In this document: piece after piece, positions 36,576-47,090 of the stretch
Numbering within the stretch: position 1 is the first letter of the stretch
Layout of the letters: every line of letters starts with the position of its first letter
NCBI GenBank assembly: GCA_949296825.1
Contig: CASFQZ010000085.1
Coordinates: 6,822 to 70,821 of the forward strand
From: an uncultured Eubacteriales bacterium
Lineage (GTDB): Bacteria; Bacillota; Clostridia; Oscillospirales; Acutalibacteraceae
Reading direction: 5' to 3'
DNA length: 64,000 bases
Position numbers and translations under genes: made by a program
The notes under the pieces: model-generated
Databases searched by the model: none
What the model was told of the DNA's origin: nothing
What the model saw: the letters and a program-made list of their open reading frames with translations, nothing else

Positions 36576-36837
36576 CTGGCATATTCTCCTCTGCTTCTTC
36601 GCTGTCTTCATCCAATCGCCCGGCAACCGTTTCCGCTTGCAAATAAGTCAGTATCACATGATCACTGTCGGTAATCAATACCGCCCTGGTCCGCCTGCCG
36701 TGGGTTGCGTCAATCAGCGTGCCCCGCTCTTTACTGTCCTGGATCATGCGCTTGATAGGCGCTGAATCCGGGCTGACGATGGCAACCAGACGCGCCGCAT
36801 TGACCAGATTACCGAATCCGATATTTACTAATTTCAC
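36562..36837 (-). CDS. remA: RemA/DUF370 family regulatory protein
   Basis: [53 protein letters not shown] is near-identical in pattern to B. subtilis RemA. GTG 36837 is chosen as the start. Confidence 0.85.
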   Translation of the reverse strand: MKLVNIGFGNLVNAARLVAIVSPDSAPIKRMIQDSKERGTLIDATHGRRTRAVLITDSDHVILTYLQAETVAGRLDEDSEEAEENMPDEIN

Positions 36838-36857
36838 GGTTTCAATATCCCCCGGCT

Positions 36858-37736
36858 TCACTCGATATTTTGAATCTGCTCTCTGATTTTTTCGACCTCA
36901 GACTTGATATCGATCACTACTTTTGCGATAGCCAAATCGGAAGCTTTGGAGCCGATGGTATTGGCTTCACGGTTGATCTCCTGTACGAGAAAATCCAATT
37001 TTCTGCCAACCGGCTCGTTTTCTTCCAGCAAGCGCCTGAGCTGATCAATATGACTGCGCAGACGAACCGTCTCCTCGTCCACTGCGGCTTTGTCGGCGAA
37101 AATCGCCGCTTCCGATAGAAGCCGCTGCTCATCCACCGACGCATCCGACAAAAGCTCTATCATTTTGGCGCGCAGTTTTTCCATGTATTCCCGCACCGTC
37201 TGCGGGGACCGCTCTTCCACAAAAGCGACCTTATTAAGAATCTGATCGGCGCGGGAAAGAACATCAGCCTTCAGCTTTTCGCCTTCCCGTTCGCGCATTT
37301 GCAGAAAACCATCATAAGCCTTTTGCAGGGCGGCATGGACACAAGCCCAGATTTTCTCCTCATCTGCGGGCGCCTTACACACCGTCAGGACATCCGGGAA
37401 AGCGGCGACTCTGGCAACGGAAATTTCATCACTCAAACCGCATGTACGGGCGATCTTGCGCACCGCCTCGACATAACTGTCCGCAAGCGCTTCATTGACA
37501 CGAACAGAAAGAGAATCGTCATTCTCAATTTCAACCTGAACGCTGCATTCAACCTTTCCGCGGGCGATCGCGCCTTGAACAAAGGCGCGGAGCTTGTCCT
37601 CAAGGAAGGAATATGAACGCATCACACGGGGAGAAAACTCCAGATAGCGGGAATTTACACTTTTAAGCTCTACAGAGGCAGTAATGCCATCCATTGATTC
37701 CTGTGCGCGCCCGTAGCCGGTCATACTGCGAACCAT
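36858..37736 (-). CDS. yicC: YicC family stress-induced protein (endoribonuclease YicC/YloC)
   Basis: [12 protein letters not shown]-terminus and C-terminal [11 protein letters not shown] motif. Confidence 0.85.
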   Translation of the reverse strand: MVRSMTGYGRAQESMDGITASVELKSVNSRYLEFSPRVMRSYSFLEDKLRAFVQGAIARGKVECSVQVEIENDDSLSVRVNEALADSYVEAVRKIARTCGLSDEISVARVAAFPDVLTVCKAPADEEKIWACVHAALQKAYDGFLQMREREGEKLKADVLSRADQILNKVAFVEERSPQTVREYMEKLRAKMIELLSDASVDEQRLLSEAAIFADKAAVDEETVRLRSHIDQLRRLLEENEPVGRKLDFLVQEINREANTIGSKASDLAIAKVVIDIKSEVEKIREQIQNIE

Positions 37737-37794
37737 AATCCGTTGCACCTGCTCTCACAATACAATAAGAAAAATAGAGAATATATAATAATAT

Positions 37795-37823
37795 ATATTA
37801 TAATAAAACCTTCAAAAAGTCAA
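37795..37823 (-). promoter_or_regulatory. Candidate sigma-A promoter of the yicC-remA-gmk-rpoZ-priA block (TTGACT-17-TAATAT)
   Basis: Minus strand reads TTGACT (37823-37818, overlapping the rluB stop), a 17-nt spacer, then TAATAT (37800-37795). Lies in an AT-rich gap. Confidence 0.45.
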
Positions 37824-38557
37824 TCCCCTACCGCAAGCCCTGCTGACTTTTTCAGGGAAGCAATTTCTTTTTCCGTCAAATGGCGCCATTTCCCGACCTC
37901 CAGCATACCGAGACGCACCGGTCCGATTGCAATGCGTTTCAGGCGTGCTGTTTCAATGTTAAATAAATCGAGCATACGGCGGATCTGACGGTTTCGACCT
38001 TCCTTCAGGGTGATTTGCAGAACTGTCCGATTCTCTTCTCTTTCAAGAACCTGAATCTGCGCCGGAAGCGTCTCTTTGCCATCCAAATCAACGCCCTCGG
38101 ACAAGCTGCGGATTTGCTGCTGTGTAATGCCGGGACGAATCGTCACCCGGTAAATTTTTTCCACATGGCCAGAAGGATGCGCCAGCGCATTCGCCAGTTC
38201 ACCGTCGTCCGTCATCAACAGAAGTCCTTCGGAATCCTTGTCCAGTCTGCCGACCGGATAAACCCTTGTCCCGACGTCCGCAACCAGCTGGGCGACACAT
38301 TTTCGGTCATTTTCGTCGCTCATGGTTGAAACAAAACCGCGGGGCTTGTACAGGGCAAGGTAGGTATTTTCCTTCTTCATTGAAACCTTTCTGCCGTGCA
38401 AAGTGACCTGATCGCGCTTCGGGTCGACTTTATCACCCAGCTGCGCTTTTTTGCCGTTGACACGCACCAGTCCGGCAAGAATCAGCTCCTCCGCCTTCCG
38501 ACGGGAACAAACGCCGCACTCAGAAAGATATTTTTGCAGTCTGATATGATTATCCAT
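37820..38557 (-). CDS. rluB: Pseudouridine synthase, RsuA/RluB family
   Basis: N-terminal S4 domain (RLQKYLSECGVCSRRKAE) and catalytic GRLDKDSEGLLL. Confidence 0.85.
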   Translation of the reverse strand: MDNHIRLQKYLSECGVCSRRKAEELILAGLVRVNGKKAQLGDKVDPKRDQVTLHGRKVSMKKENTYLALYKPRGFVSTMSDENDRKCVAQLVADVGTRVYPVGRLDKDSEGLLLMTDDGELANALAHPSGHVEKIYRVTIRPGITQQQIRSLSEGVDLDGKETLPAQIQVLEREENRTVLQITLKEGRNRQIRRMLDLFNIETARLKRIAIGPVRLGMLEVGKWRHLTEKEIASLKKSAGLAVGD

Positions 38558-39725
38558 GGGAATCCTTCCAGAAAAATATAAATTGCTCCAGTCGCTCCTC
38601 TATCCTCTCAAAAAACGCGGTCCATGGATTATCCCGGTGTTCCGCTATCGGGCAATCACTCTGGGCGATCAGAGGAATTTCATCAAGGATAAAACCGTTA
38701 ATTTGAATTTTTGCCGTGCCAATCATCTGACCGCGCCGCACCGGCGCGTAAAGAAACGGGTCATGGTACAGGGCTACGGAAATCTCATCCGTTTCGCCGC
38801 TGTCGGATAGAATTTGTATCAACTCGGACGAGCCGGCAACGGCAACCGACGACGTCATGCCGCCGGCAACCGGGACCTGGATCGTTTTCGTCTGATATTG
38901 GGTTTTTATCGCCTTGCAGAGGGAAAAACCGTAATCAAAAAGAGCGGCATGGTCATTCCAATCGTCCGGCGCGTTCAACGTTACGGCAATCAGCGTTAAT
39001 CCGCCGCGTTCACAGGAAGACACCAGACATCTGCCTGCCGCTTTGGTAAAGCCGGTTTTGATGCCGGTAACGCCCGTACAGGTGGACAAAAGCCGATTAT
39101 GGTTAGTCAGAGTATGCGCCGCCGGCGGATTGCCAAAGGTGACCTGCGCCTCTTGTTGGGCACAAATATCGGCAAAAACGGGATTACGAAGCGATTCACG
39201 TGCCAGCAGCGCCATATCGTAAGCGGTGGAATAATGATTCTCATCCGGCAGTCCGGAGGGGTTGGCAAAATGGGTATCCAGCATCCCGATTTGCGCTGCA
39301 CGGGCATTCATTTGCGCGGCAAAGGAATCAACAGAGCCAGCCAGCGCTTCCGCAGTCATATTCGCCGCGTCATTTCCGGAGGAAAGGAGCATTCCGTATA
39401 ACAAGGTGCGAAGCGTAACCCGATCCCCCGACCGAAGCCCCATGGCTGTGCCTTCGGTCGAAGCGGCGCGCTCGGATACCGTAACCGTTTCCGCCAGTCT
39501 TCCGCTTTCACAAAGAAGGAGCGAAGTCATAATCTTTGTCGTGCTCGCCATGGGCAGCCGTTCATACGCATCTTTTTCAAAAAGCACGCTGCCGTTTTCA
39601 ACGCAAAATAAAACGGCGCTTTGCGCAGATACCTCCGGGGCTGCGACGGAAGCACCGGAACATGAAAAATCAGCCGCTGCAAAAATTGCAACCGCTAAAA
39701 TCAAACTGATCCACTTTTTCATCAT
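38550..39725 (-). CDS. D-alanyl-D-alanine carboxypeptidase (peptidase S11, DacB/DacF-like)
   Basis: Signal peptide. SxxK (ASTTK), SxN (SSGND) and KTG (KTGFT) motifs. Confidence 0.8.
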   Translation of the reverse strand: MMKKWISLILAVAIFAAADFSCSGASVAAPEVSAQSAVLFCVENGSVLFEKDAYERLPMASTTKIMTSLLLCESGRLAETVTVSERAASTEGTAMGLRSGDRVTLRTLLYGMLLSSGNDAANMTAEALAGSVDSFAAQMNARAAQIGMLDTHFANPSGLPDENHYSTAYDMALLARESLRNPVFADICAQQEAQVTFGNPPAAHTLTNHNRLLSTCTGVTGIKTGFTKAAGRCLVSSCERGGLTLIAVTLNAPDDWNDHAALFDYGFSLCKAIKTQYQTKTIQVPVAGGMTSSVAVAGSSELIQILSDSGETDEISVALYHDPFLYAPVRRGQMIGTAKIQINGFILDEIPLIAQSDCPIAEHRDNPWTAFFERIEERLEQFIFFWKDSHG

Positions 39726-39782
39726 GTCCACCACCTGCCATCAAAAGATATGCAGGCGGCAGACAGGATTATTCTTGGTAAA

Positions 39783-40187
39783 TTATTCGGACTTTTCTTC
39801 CGCAGGGGCAGTGTCGGATTTTTTGAATTTGCCAACCATATCGGTCACCTTATCAAACATTTCCGGCATCATGCTGACCGCACGCTCCGCTGCATTATCG
39901 TTGCTGAGGATATGTTTGATCGTTACCTCGCCTTTATTGATGACAAGAAAAGCAATGGGCGCAATGGTGATGCCCGCACCGCCGCCGCCGCCGAAGAGCT
40001 CGGCGTTGGTCTTGGACGGAAAATCCGACCCACCGGAAGCGAAGCCGTAGGTGACTCTGGAAATCGGGATAATGGTGATCTCGGTATCGACCTTGATCGG
40101 CTCACCGATGATGGTATTAACATCGACCAGATCCCGGACTTTTTCAATGGTCGTGGCAAGGATGCCGTTTGCTGACTGTTCTTTCAT
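39783..40187 (-). CDS. ytfJ: Sporulation protein YtfJ (GerW family)
   Basis: 134 aa. Glycine-rich GGGGGAGITIAPIAFLVI core typical of GerW/YtfJ. Confidence 0.75.
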   Translation of the reverse strand: MKEQSANGILATTIEKVRDLVDVNTIIGEPIKVDTEITIIPISRVTYGFASGGSDFPSKTNAELFGGGGGAGITIAPIAFLVINKGEVTIKHILSNDNAAERAVSMMPEMFDKVTDMVGKFKKSDTAPAEEKSE

Positions 40188-40931
40188 TTAAGAAGCACCG
40201 CCTTTAGAAGAGTTTGTTTGTGGAGAAGCAGCCGCTTGCGCGGGCTGGGAAGCAGAAGTTTTTGATGTTTTTATCCCTTTGAGGAATCGGATCAGCACAT
40301 GAACCAGCAGTCGAAAAACCAAAACAACTGCGCCGTTGGTCAAAGCCAGAGGTCGGAACGAAAGCAGGGTATGCAGCTCGCCCTCCGAGTGATTCGCCAG
40401 ATAGTCCGGCGTAATTTCGGCGTCATATTTTCTGACCCGCATATGCGAACAAATATACCCGAGCATCGGAAATACGGCAGCACAGGTTTTTCCATAGGAA
40501 ATCGCAGTTTCTGCGGCATCGCCTTCGGAAACGCGCAGAGAAAAATACAGCTGCTCAATCGTAATCTTGCGCAAAAGCTTTCCGAAAAAACCACCCAACG
40601 CCTGACAGGTCTGATATAGGATTTCATACAAACCGTTTAGCCCTTCGTTGTTCAGAAAAACCTGCATCGGGTTTGGTTTTTTTGCTTTCGGCTTTTTCTC
40701 CGGCTCCGGTTTCTTTTCTTCGGGAGGCTTTTCCTCCTTCGGTTTTTCTTTTTTTGGTTTTTTCTTTTTTTCGGACGCAGGTAAAATATCAAAAGATAAA
40801 AACGCCCAGCGGACCTTCAAAAAGACCTTATCTTCATAATCAAACTGAACAAAGAGTCGAATATTTAAAATACAGCAAATAAAAGCGATGATACCAGCAA
40901 GTACCAAGAGGATGATCAAAAAGACCTTCAA
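40188..40931 (-). CDS. DUF2953/YtfI-like sporulation membrane protein
   Basis: TTG 40931 follows GGAGGTG. N-terminal TM segment and a K/P/E-rich linker. Sits directly upstream of ytfJ, as ytfI does in Bacillus. Confidence 0.6.
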   Translation of the reverse strand: MKVFLIILLVLAGIIAFICCILNIRLFVQFDYEDKVFLKVRWAFLSFDILPASEKKKKPKKEKPKEEKPPEEKKPEPEKKPKAKKPNPMQVFLNNEGLNGLYEILYQTCQALGGFFGKLLRKITIEQLYFSLRVSEGDAAETAISYGKTCAAVFPMLGYICSHMRVRKYDAEITPDYLANHSEGELHTLLSFRPLALTNGAVVLVFRLLVHVLIRFLKGIKTSKTSASQPAQAAASPQTNSSKGGAS

Positions 40932-40970
40932 AACAACACCTCCGCTCCGAAAAATTGCTGATACATTATT

Positions 40971-41549
40971 TTACAACAATGTTTCCTGTCCGTCAAGTAC
41001 CGATGAATCTTTATTTATCTCTTTAAGGGACTCCGTCTGTTCATTCCGGGGAATATCGGGCAGGTCAGAGAGATCGGACAGCCCGAAGCAGCGGAGAAAA
41101 TTCGCCGTTGTGCCATAGGTCAGCGGTTTTCCCGGCAGATCCAGCCTGCCAGTTTCTTCTATAAGCCCCTTCACACAAAGGGTGCTGATCACGCCGGAGC
41201 AATCCACACCGCGCACCTGCTCAACAAAAGCCTTGGTGACCGGCTGATTGTATGCAATCACGGCAAGGACCTCCAGGGCGGCGGAAGACAGCGGCGCGTT
41301 CTTTTTCTTTTCCAGAAGAGCGCGAACGGTCTGGGAATAATCGGTACGGGCGGCAAGCTGGTACTGGTCGCCCAGCCGAAGAACCGTCAGCGCGCTGCCT
41401 GAGGTTTCATAAAAAGTTTGCAGTTCATCACAGGCGGCAGCCAAAACGTCTTCTTCCAGCAACGTCACTGCGCAAAGGCGGGAAATTTCCGCCGGCTCGC
41501 CACTGGCAAAAAGCAGCGCCTCCACAAGAGCGGCGTTTTTACTGAGCAT
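40971..41549 (-). CDS. scpB: Segregation and condensation protein B
   Basis: ATG 41549 follows AAGGAGG. LVEALLFASGEP N-terminus and tandem winged-helix pattern. Confidence 0.85.
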   Translation of the reverse strand: MLSKNAALVEALLFASGEPAEISRLCAVTLLEEDVLAAACDELQTFYETSGSALTVLRLGDQYQLAARTDYSQTVRALLEKKKNAPLSSAALEVLAVIAYNQPVTKAFVEQVRGVDCSGVISTLCVKGLIEETGRLDLPGKPLTYGTTANFLRCFGLSDLSDLPDIPRNEQTESLKEINKDSSVLDGQETLL

Positions 41550-42267
41550 CGGGAAGCGCCTCCTTATCGCGGCGGGAACGAATGGAAAAATTCTCGCCGT
41601 CCCCGTGGACTGTAATTTGCTTGGATTTGCATAATTCAAGAACCGCCAAAAAACGCGCCACCAGGTCAGACCGACTTCCGGCAGTTTTCAAATAGGTCCG
41701 AAACCGCAGCGGCTTCCCGCCCGAAAGGAACATCACAAGCTCCTTCATTTTTTCTCCGACGGAAATGATTTTTGAGGCGACGATACGACGAAAGGAATCG
41801 ACCGGCGGAGGCATTCGGCGAAAATTTTTACCGGCAGCCTGTAAATATGCATTCAGAATATCGGCGGAATCATGGATACGGTCATAGGTCGTATCGCGAA
41901 GCAATACCGTCGGACGACGGGTGGTTAAATCAAAGCCTTCCGTCCGGACAGAAAGCTTTTGCGCCGCCAATTTGCAATCGCGGTACTCTATCAGCTCGCC
42001 GGTCAGTTCTTTTTTCAATTCTTCCGCCTCGGTTTGCACCGGCAAAAGAGATACCGTCTTGATATAAACCAGACGCGCTGCCATTTCCAGAAATTCACTG
42101 GCGATATCCAAATCCTCATCCTGCATTTTTCGCACATATGCCGTATACTGCTCTACCAGTTCAAAAATCGGGATATCGTTAATATTCAATTTGTGTTTGG
42201 AAATCAAAAACAGAAGCAGGTCCAGCGGACCTTCAAACACCTCGGTTTTATACAGGGGTTTTTCCAC
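41539..42267 (-). CDS. scpA: Segregation and condensation protein A
   Basis: FEGPLDLLLFLISKHKLNINDIPI motif. GTG 42267 follows GAGGTG; TTG 42285 is the alternative. Confidence 0.85.
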   Translation of the reverse strand: MEKPLYKTEVFEGPLDLLLFLISKHKLNINDIPIFELVEQYTAYVRKMQDEDLDIASEFLEMAARLVYIKTVSLLPVQTEAEELKKELTGELIEYRDCKLAAQKLSVRTEGFDLTTRRPTVLLRDTTYDRIHDSADILNAYLQAAGKNFRRMPPPVDSFRRIVASKIISVGEKMKELVMFLSGGKPLRFRTYLKTAGSRSDLVARFLAVLELCKSKQITVHGDGENFSIRSRRDKEALPDAQ

Positions 42268-42281
42268 GAAAAACTTACACC

Positions 42282-42953
42282 TCAACCAAAAAATCGAAAC
42301 GGAAGCGACGCGATAAAATAAATCCCGCGCGAAACCAGACCGGAGAGCCAGCTGAGCGGCGTTGTCAAAATACCGGTAAACAGCAACACCAAAAGCGCGA
42401 TCATGATATAGCGTTCGTATTGCAGCATTTTATAATAATACCGGTCGGGAATGATAACAGCAAACAATCGGGAACCGTCCAGCGGAGGGATCGGCAAAAG
42501 ATTAAACACCGCCAGATTTACATTGATCAAGCCCACAGAATACAGGAACGAAGCAAGCACGGCGGTGACAGAAGAAGAAAACAGGGAAAAGACATTGCAC
42601 AAAATGAAATAAAAAAACGCCATAATCAGGTTGGAAATCGGACCGGCAGCCGCAGTCAATGCAAAGCCTTTTTTAGGATTGCGGAAATTTCTGATATTGA
42701 CAGGAACCGGCTTTGCATAACCGAAGGAGGTAAAGAGAATCAGAAGGGATCCCCACAGATCCAGATGCTTCATCGGATTGAGCGTCAGCCGACCGAGATT
42801 GCGCGCCGTCGGATCCCCAAGCTTATCCGCCGCCCATGCATGGGCAAATTCGTGCACAGGCAGCACGCAGAATAAAATAAAAGCCTTAGCAATCAGCTGG
42901 ACCAGAAAGCTGATATAATCTCCCTGCATGAGATCACGGAACATACTGAACAC
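42282..42953 (-). CDS. Site-2 protease family (M50) membrane metalloprotease
   Basis: HEFAHAW motif, NLLPIPPLDG motif and multiple TM segments. Confidence 0.75.
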   Translation of the reverse strand: MFSMFRDLMQGDYISFLVQLIAKAFILFCVLPVHEFAHAWAADKLGDPTARNLGRLTLNPMKHLDLWGSLLILFTSFGYAKPVPVNIRNFRNPKKGFALTAAAGPISNLIMAFFYFILCNVFSLFSSSVTAVLASFLYSVGLINVNLAVFNLLPIPPLDGSRLFAVIIPDRYYYKMLQYERYIMIALLVLLFTGILTTPLSWLSGLVSRGIYFIASLPFRFFG

Positions 42954-43808
42954 TTAACTTTCTCCTTTCGTACCGCTGACAAAACGATCGATGCCGCAGC
43001 AATCGGCATGAATACGGATGTGGGATAAAACCGGGGAAAATATCTTTTGAACACCGGCAGGTTGATTTTCCGCCGTTTCCACCGCAGCGAAGGCGCTTTT
43101 ATTGAGGTGCGGGAGCCATCCATCGGCAAGGACGCGATAAAAATCCAACCCGTCCTGCCCGCCGTCCAGCGCCATTTTCGGCTCACACTGCACTTCCTTT
43201 TGCAAAGAGGCCAGCTCTCCTGACGGGATATACGGCGGATTGGACAAAAGCAGATCCGCCGCAGGCACATCGGACAGTCCACAAAAGCCATTTGTAATAT
43301 CATACCGTATTGGCTTTGCGTTTGTCAAGCCGAGGGACGCGAGGCTGCGATTCAGATAAGACAGCGCCGTCTCTGATTTTTCAAATAAAAAGACCTGACA
43401 TTGAGGACAATGGGCGGCAATCGTTAAGCCGATACAGCCGCTGCCGGCGCAGAGATCATAAACGACTGCGTCAGGGCGCTGCGACAAGACAGAAAGCGCC
43501 AGCTCAACCAGCATTTCCGTCTCGGGACGGGGAATCAAAACGCCCGGTCCGACAAAAAAGCGCAGATCATAAAAATCCCAGCTGCCGATGAGATATTGCA
43601 GCGGCTCCCCCGCCGCCCGACGCCGCAGGACTTGCTCATAGCGTGAAAACGCCGCCTCAGAAATCACCTTTTCACAAATCGATGGCATATCTCCCACTGA
43701 CAGCGAAAAAATCTCCTGCGCAAGGCACCGACAGTCAAAGGCTGCGTCATCCACATGATGCTGCCGCAAAAAAGCGACGCCGCTGTGATACGCCTGAGAA
43801 ACGGTCAT
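42954..43808 (-). CDS. prmC: Release factor glutamine N5-methyltransferase
   Basis: SAM motif DLCAGSGCIG and catalytic NPPY. Confidence 0.9.
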   Translation of the reverse strand: MTVSQAYHSGVAFLRQHHVDDAAFDCRCLAQEIFSLSVGDMPSICEKVISEAAFSRYEQVLRRRAAGEPLQYLIGSWDFYDLRFFVGPGVLIPRPETEMLVELALSVLSQRPDAVVYDLCAGSGCIGLTIAAHCPQCQVFLFEKSETALSYLNRSLASLGLTNAKPIRYDITNGFCGLSDVPAADLLLSNPPYIPSGELASLQKEVQCEPKMALDGGQDGLDFYRVLADGWLPHLNKSAFAAVETAENQPAGVQKIFSPVLSHIRIHADCCGIDRFVSGTKGES

Positions 43809-44908
43809 TTTCCACTTCCTTTTTCGTTCTCCGCTTTATCTTGCGCCGCCGGTTTTTCGCCAATATCCCGGGGCAACTCCGGATGGGCGGCAAAGAAGCC
43901 TTCATCCAACTCCGCCTGTGTTTTTTCCGCACCGTTCAGCGCCGCCTTCAGGGAGGCAATGCCAACCTCCAAAATCTCATCATCCGGCTCCTTGGTTGTA
44001 ATACGCTGCATCCAGAGTCCGGGGGCGGAAAAAATCTTGACAAACAGATTATCATGTCTGCCCGCATAGCGAAGAAATTCATAGCTGATGCCGGTAACTA
44101 TCGGCAGAACGATTACAATCTTCACCACAGACCAGACCAGCGGGATCGCATCGATATTCGGAAAGATAATGCAAAGCAGTGAAGAAACAATAATATTGAT
44201 AAATAGAATGATAAAAATAAAGCTGGTTCCGCAGCGCGGGTGAAAGCGCTTAAATTTTCTGACGTTTTCCACCGTCAGCTCCTCACCGGCTTCATAGCAG
44301 AAAATGGTTTTATGCTCCGCGCCGTGATAGCGAAAGGTTCGCTTGATGTCTTTCTGGCAGGAAACGATCACCATATACAAAACAAAGATAGCGATCCGGA
44401 TTACGCCTTCCAACAGCGAATGCAGCTCATATTTCGCTAAGGCATCGGCGCAGACATAGCGGTCAAATAAATCAACCAATTGAATCGGCGCCCAGACAAA
44501 AAGGAATACGCAAAGCACCATGGCAAGCACCATGGCAATGGCAGAGATCACACCCATCAGCTTTGGTCCCATATGATCGGTCAGCCAGCGGTCCAGCTTT
44601 GACATTTCTTCTTCCGGAACATCAACATCCATGGACCCGGAAAGATCGGCGGACTCCATCAGACAGCGATAGCCGAAAATCATTGATTCCACATAGGCAA
44701 CTACGCCGCGGATCAACGGAAGTCCGAAAAATTTATACCGGTCCCGAATGTGCTTAAACTCCTTATCTTTTACCAGGATTCTGCCGCTGGTATGCCGGAC
44801 GGCAAGGGCAGAGCCGTTAGGACTGTTCATCATCACGCCTTCCAGAAGCGCCTGACCGCCAACTTTGCCTACTTTCGGATCCATTGGCTTTTTGGTGTGT
44901 TTCGCCAT
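43805..44908 (-). CDS. DUF1385 family membrane protein
   Basis: GGQALLEGVMM and RYHGAEHK motifs. Usual partner upstream of prmC, with an ATGA overlap. Confidence 0.75.
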   Translation of the reverse strand: MAKHTKKPMDPKVGKVGGQALLEGVMMNSPNGSALAVRHTSGRILVKDKEFKHIRDRYKFFGLPLIRGVVAYVESMIFGYRCLMESADLSGSMDVDVPEEEMSKLDRWLTDHMGPKLMGVISAIAMVLAMVLCVFLFVWAPIQLVDLFDRYVCADALAKYELHSLLEGVIRIAIFVLYMVIVSCQKDIKRTFRYHGAEHKTIFCYEAGEELTVENVRKFKRFHPRCGTSFIFIILFINIIVSSLLCIIFPNIDAIPLVWSVVKIVIVLPIVTGISYEFLRYAGRHDNLFVKIFSAPGLWMQRITTKEPDDEILEVGIASLKAALNGAEKTQAELDEGFFAAHPELPRDIGEKPAAQDKAENEKGSGK

Positions 44909-44925
44909 ATTTATTTCCTTTCTTT

Positions 44926-46368
44926 TTACCCCCGATAAAGGGGCAGCTGTATTTCAACGGTGGTGCCCAGACCGATTTCGCTGAAAATTTGCAGCGTTCC
45001 GTGATGCAGACGAATCAACTCGTCGCATACGGCAAGACCGATGCCGGACCCCTTCACAGAAATATTAGCTTTATAAAATTTTTCTTTGACATGCGGCAAG
45101 TCCTCTGCGCGGATACCGCAGCCATTGTCACTGACGATTACTTTGAATGCGCCCTCGGACACCGAGGCGTTCACCGTGACAAGGGCATCTTTTTTGTCCG
45201 AATACTTAAATGCATTATCTATGATATTAACAAAAATTTGCTTAAGCCGCACCGGGTCAGCCATCAGGACGGCGGCACCATCCTCAGGAATTACATACTT
45301 AAAATCAATCCCTTCCCGCTCGGCGCGTTCATGGAACACCAGGGCGGTTTCTTCCAACTCGGCAAAGCCATCGATTTTTTTCTGCTTCAGCGTCAATCTG
45401 CCGCTTTCCATTTTTGAGAAATCCAGAAGATCCTCCACCATGGCGTTCAAGCGGTTCGTTTCATTCAAAATCACATCAATCCCGGTTTTGACCGTTTCCG
45501 CATCAGCATCGGCGTTCTGAATGGTTTCACCCCAGCCGCGAATCGCCGTCAGAGGCGTCCGCAATTCATGGGATACGGTGGAAATAAAATCGTTTTTCAT
45601 CCGATCGGACTCCCCCATTGCCCGCGCCATTTCATTGAAGGTACGGCAAAGCTCTCCGATCTCATCATTTTGGGTAAAATTTTCAATTTTCGCCGAATAA
45701 TCGCCTTTTGCAAGAATTTTTGCTTTTTCGTTGATCTCCTTCACCGGATTCACAATGGATCGAATAAAAAAAGCACCGGAAAAAGCCGCCAACGCCACCG
45801 CAGCAAGAGCTGCGATCATCAAATAAAACAGAACCAGAAGAAATTGAGCATCAATATCCTCCATCGAGGCGATATATCGGATGGCGCCGGACTGCCCGTC
45901 GCTGTCGGCGGGGAGCAGCACGGTAAGAGCCATGACTTTTTCGCCGTTGACATTTCTGCCGATCCAAAGCCCACTTCTATCTTCCGATTCCGTTGCTTCG
46001 GCATAATCGCGCATATCGGAATCATCAACAGAAAAGCCGGAGGTGGAAGCCAGCGCCCGTCCATTTTTATCAAGCACCCAAACCTCCATCAGATTTTTTT
46101 CCGGGAAGCTCTCAATATACTCCATGGCCCGCTGCTCAAACTGAAGCGCGGTCGATTCGTTCATCGTTCCGAAAAAAGAACGCACGCTATTGCTGTTAGC
46201 GCGGTATTCCAGCGTAGAACGGACGGTGTCATAATAATATTGATGAATCGAGACGGCAACAGAAATCACCGCGATCAGGAGAAGCGCCAGAACAACGCAG
46301 AAGCTTTTGGTGAACCAGCGCTTGATGATTCCGCCGCCGGCAAAGAATCGATGCTTTACGCGATCCAT
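44926..46368 (-). CDS. Sensor histidine kinase (extracytoplasmic loop, HAMP, HisKA, HATPase; no cytoplasmic PAS evident)
   Basis: Two TM segments flank a loop of about 150 aa. H-box SHELRTPL, N-box NIIDNAFKY, G-boxes DNGCGI and GSGIGL. Confidence 0.85.
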   Translation of the reverse strand: MDRVKHRFFAGGGIIKRWFTKSFCVVLALLLIAVISVAVSIHQYYYDTVRSTLEYRANSNSVRSFFGTMNESTALQFEQRAMEYIESFPEKNLMEVWVLDKNGRALASTSGFSVDDSDMRDYAEATESEDRSGLWIGRNVNGEKVMALTVLLPADSDGQSGAIRYIASMEDIDAQFLLVLFYLMIAALAAVALAAFSGAFFIRSIVNPVKEINEKAKILAKGDYSAKIENFTQNDEIGELCRTFNEMARAMGESDRMKNDFISTVSHELRTPLTAIRGWGETIQNADADAETVKTGIDVILNETNRLNAMVEDLLDFSKMESGRLTLKQKKIDGFAELEETALVFHERAEREGIDFKYVIPEDGAAVLMADPVRLKQIFVNIIDNAFKYSDKKDALVTVNASVSEGAFKVIVSDNGCGIRAEDLPHVKEKFYKANISVKGSGIGLAVCDELIRLHHGTLQIFSEIGLGTTVEIQLPLYRG

Positions 46369-47075
46369 TTGTAGCCCAGCCCCCAGACGGTCAGCAAATG
46401 CTCAGGGTTTGACGGATCGTCTTCAATTTTCATGCGCAGGCGGCGAATGTTGACATCAACCACCTTATCGTCACCGTAAAAATCTTCGCCCCAGGCATAT
46501 CGCAGAATCTCTTCCCGCTCCAGCGCGACATTAGGATTCTTGAAAAACAATTCCATAATATTGAATTCCATCTGTGTCAGCTCAATAATTTTTCCGCGGT
46601 GTTCAATATTTCTGCCGCGCAGATGCAAAATAAACTCGCCCTGTTCAATTTTATCAAAGGAATCGGCAGGTTTCTTTTCTTTCGGCTCGTTATCGCCGCG
46701 ACTGACAGAAACACGCCGATAGATCGCGTCGATGCGCGCCATCAGCTCCGATAGAGAAAACGGCTTGGTAATATAATCGTCGGCGCCCTTCAAAAGCCCC
46801 ATAACCTTGTCCATTTCCTGTGTTTTCGCGGTAAGCATAACAATGCCAAGGGTGCTGCTTTTTTCACGCAAGAGAGAGCAAACCTCTATGCCGTCGCGCT
46901 TGGGCATCATAATATCAAGAAGCGCAATGGAAAAATCGCCGTCGTAATCCTCATAAAGCCGCAGCGCTTCTTCGCCGTCCGCAGCGGCAATTACATCATA
47001 GCCCGCTCGTTTTAAGTTGATGATAAGAAAATCACGAATGGATTTTTCGTCTTCTGCGACTAATATCCGCTTCAT
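46356..47075 (-). CDS. OmpR-family response regulator
   Basis: Receiver domain (ILVAEDE, LLDIMMP, LTAK) plus winged-helix output (VWGLGYKW). 13-nt overlap with the kinase gene. Confidence 0.9.
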   Translation of the reverse strand: MKRILVAEDEKSIRDFLIINLKRAGYDVIAAADGEEALRLYEDYDGDFSIALLDIMMPKRDGIEVCSLLREKSSTLGIVMLTAKTQEMDKVMGLLKGADDYITKPFSLSELMARIDAIYRRVSVSRGDNEPKEKKPADSFDKIEQGEFILHLRGRNIEHRGKIIELTQMEFNIMELFFKNPNVALEREEILRYAWGEDFYGDDKVVDVNIRRLRMKIEDDPSNPEHLLTVWGLGYKWIA

Positions 47076-47090
47076 CAAAACACCTCCGGA

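Noticed and set aside
37755-37815. AT-rich tract (agagaatatataataatatatattataataaaac) as a possible dif/Xer site or replication-related element.
   Set aside because: Only the AGAA-TATATA junction resembles the B. subtilis dif site. The XerD arm (TTATGTAAACT) is not matched. Genes on both sides share the same orientation, so there is no terminus-like strand switch. A promoter/UP-element region for yicC explains it.
40671-40775. Roughly 105-bp pyrimidine-rich tract with short periodic repeats (ttttcttttttt, ggctttt).
   Set aside because: It is the coding sequence of the K/P/E-rich linker SEKKKKPKKEKPKEEKPPEEKKPEPEKKPKAKKP of the YtfI-like protein. It is a low-complexity coding region, not a repeat element or CRISPR-like array.
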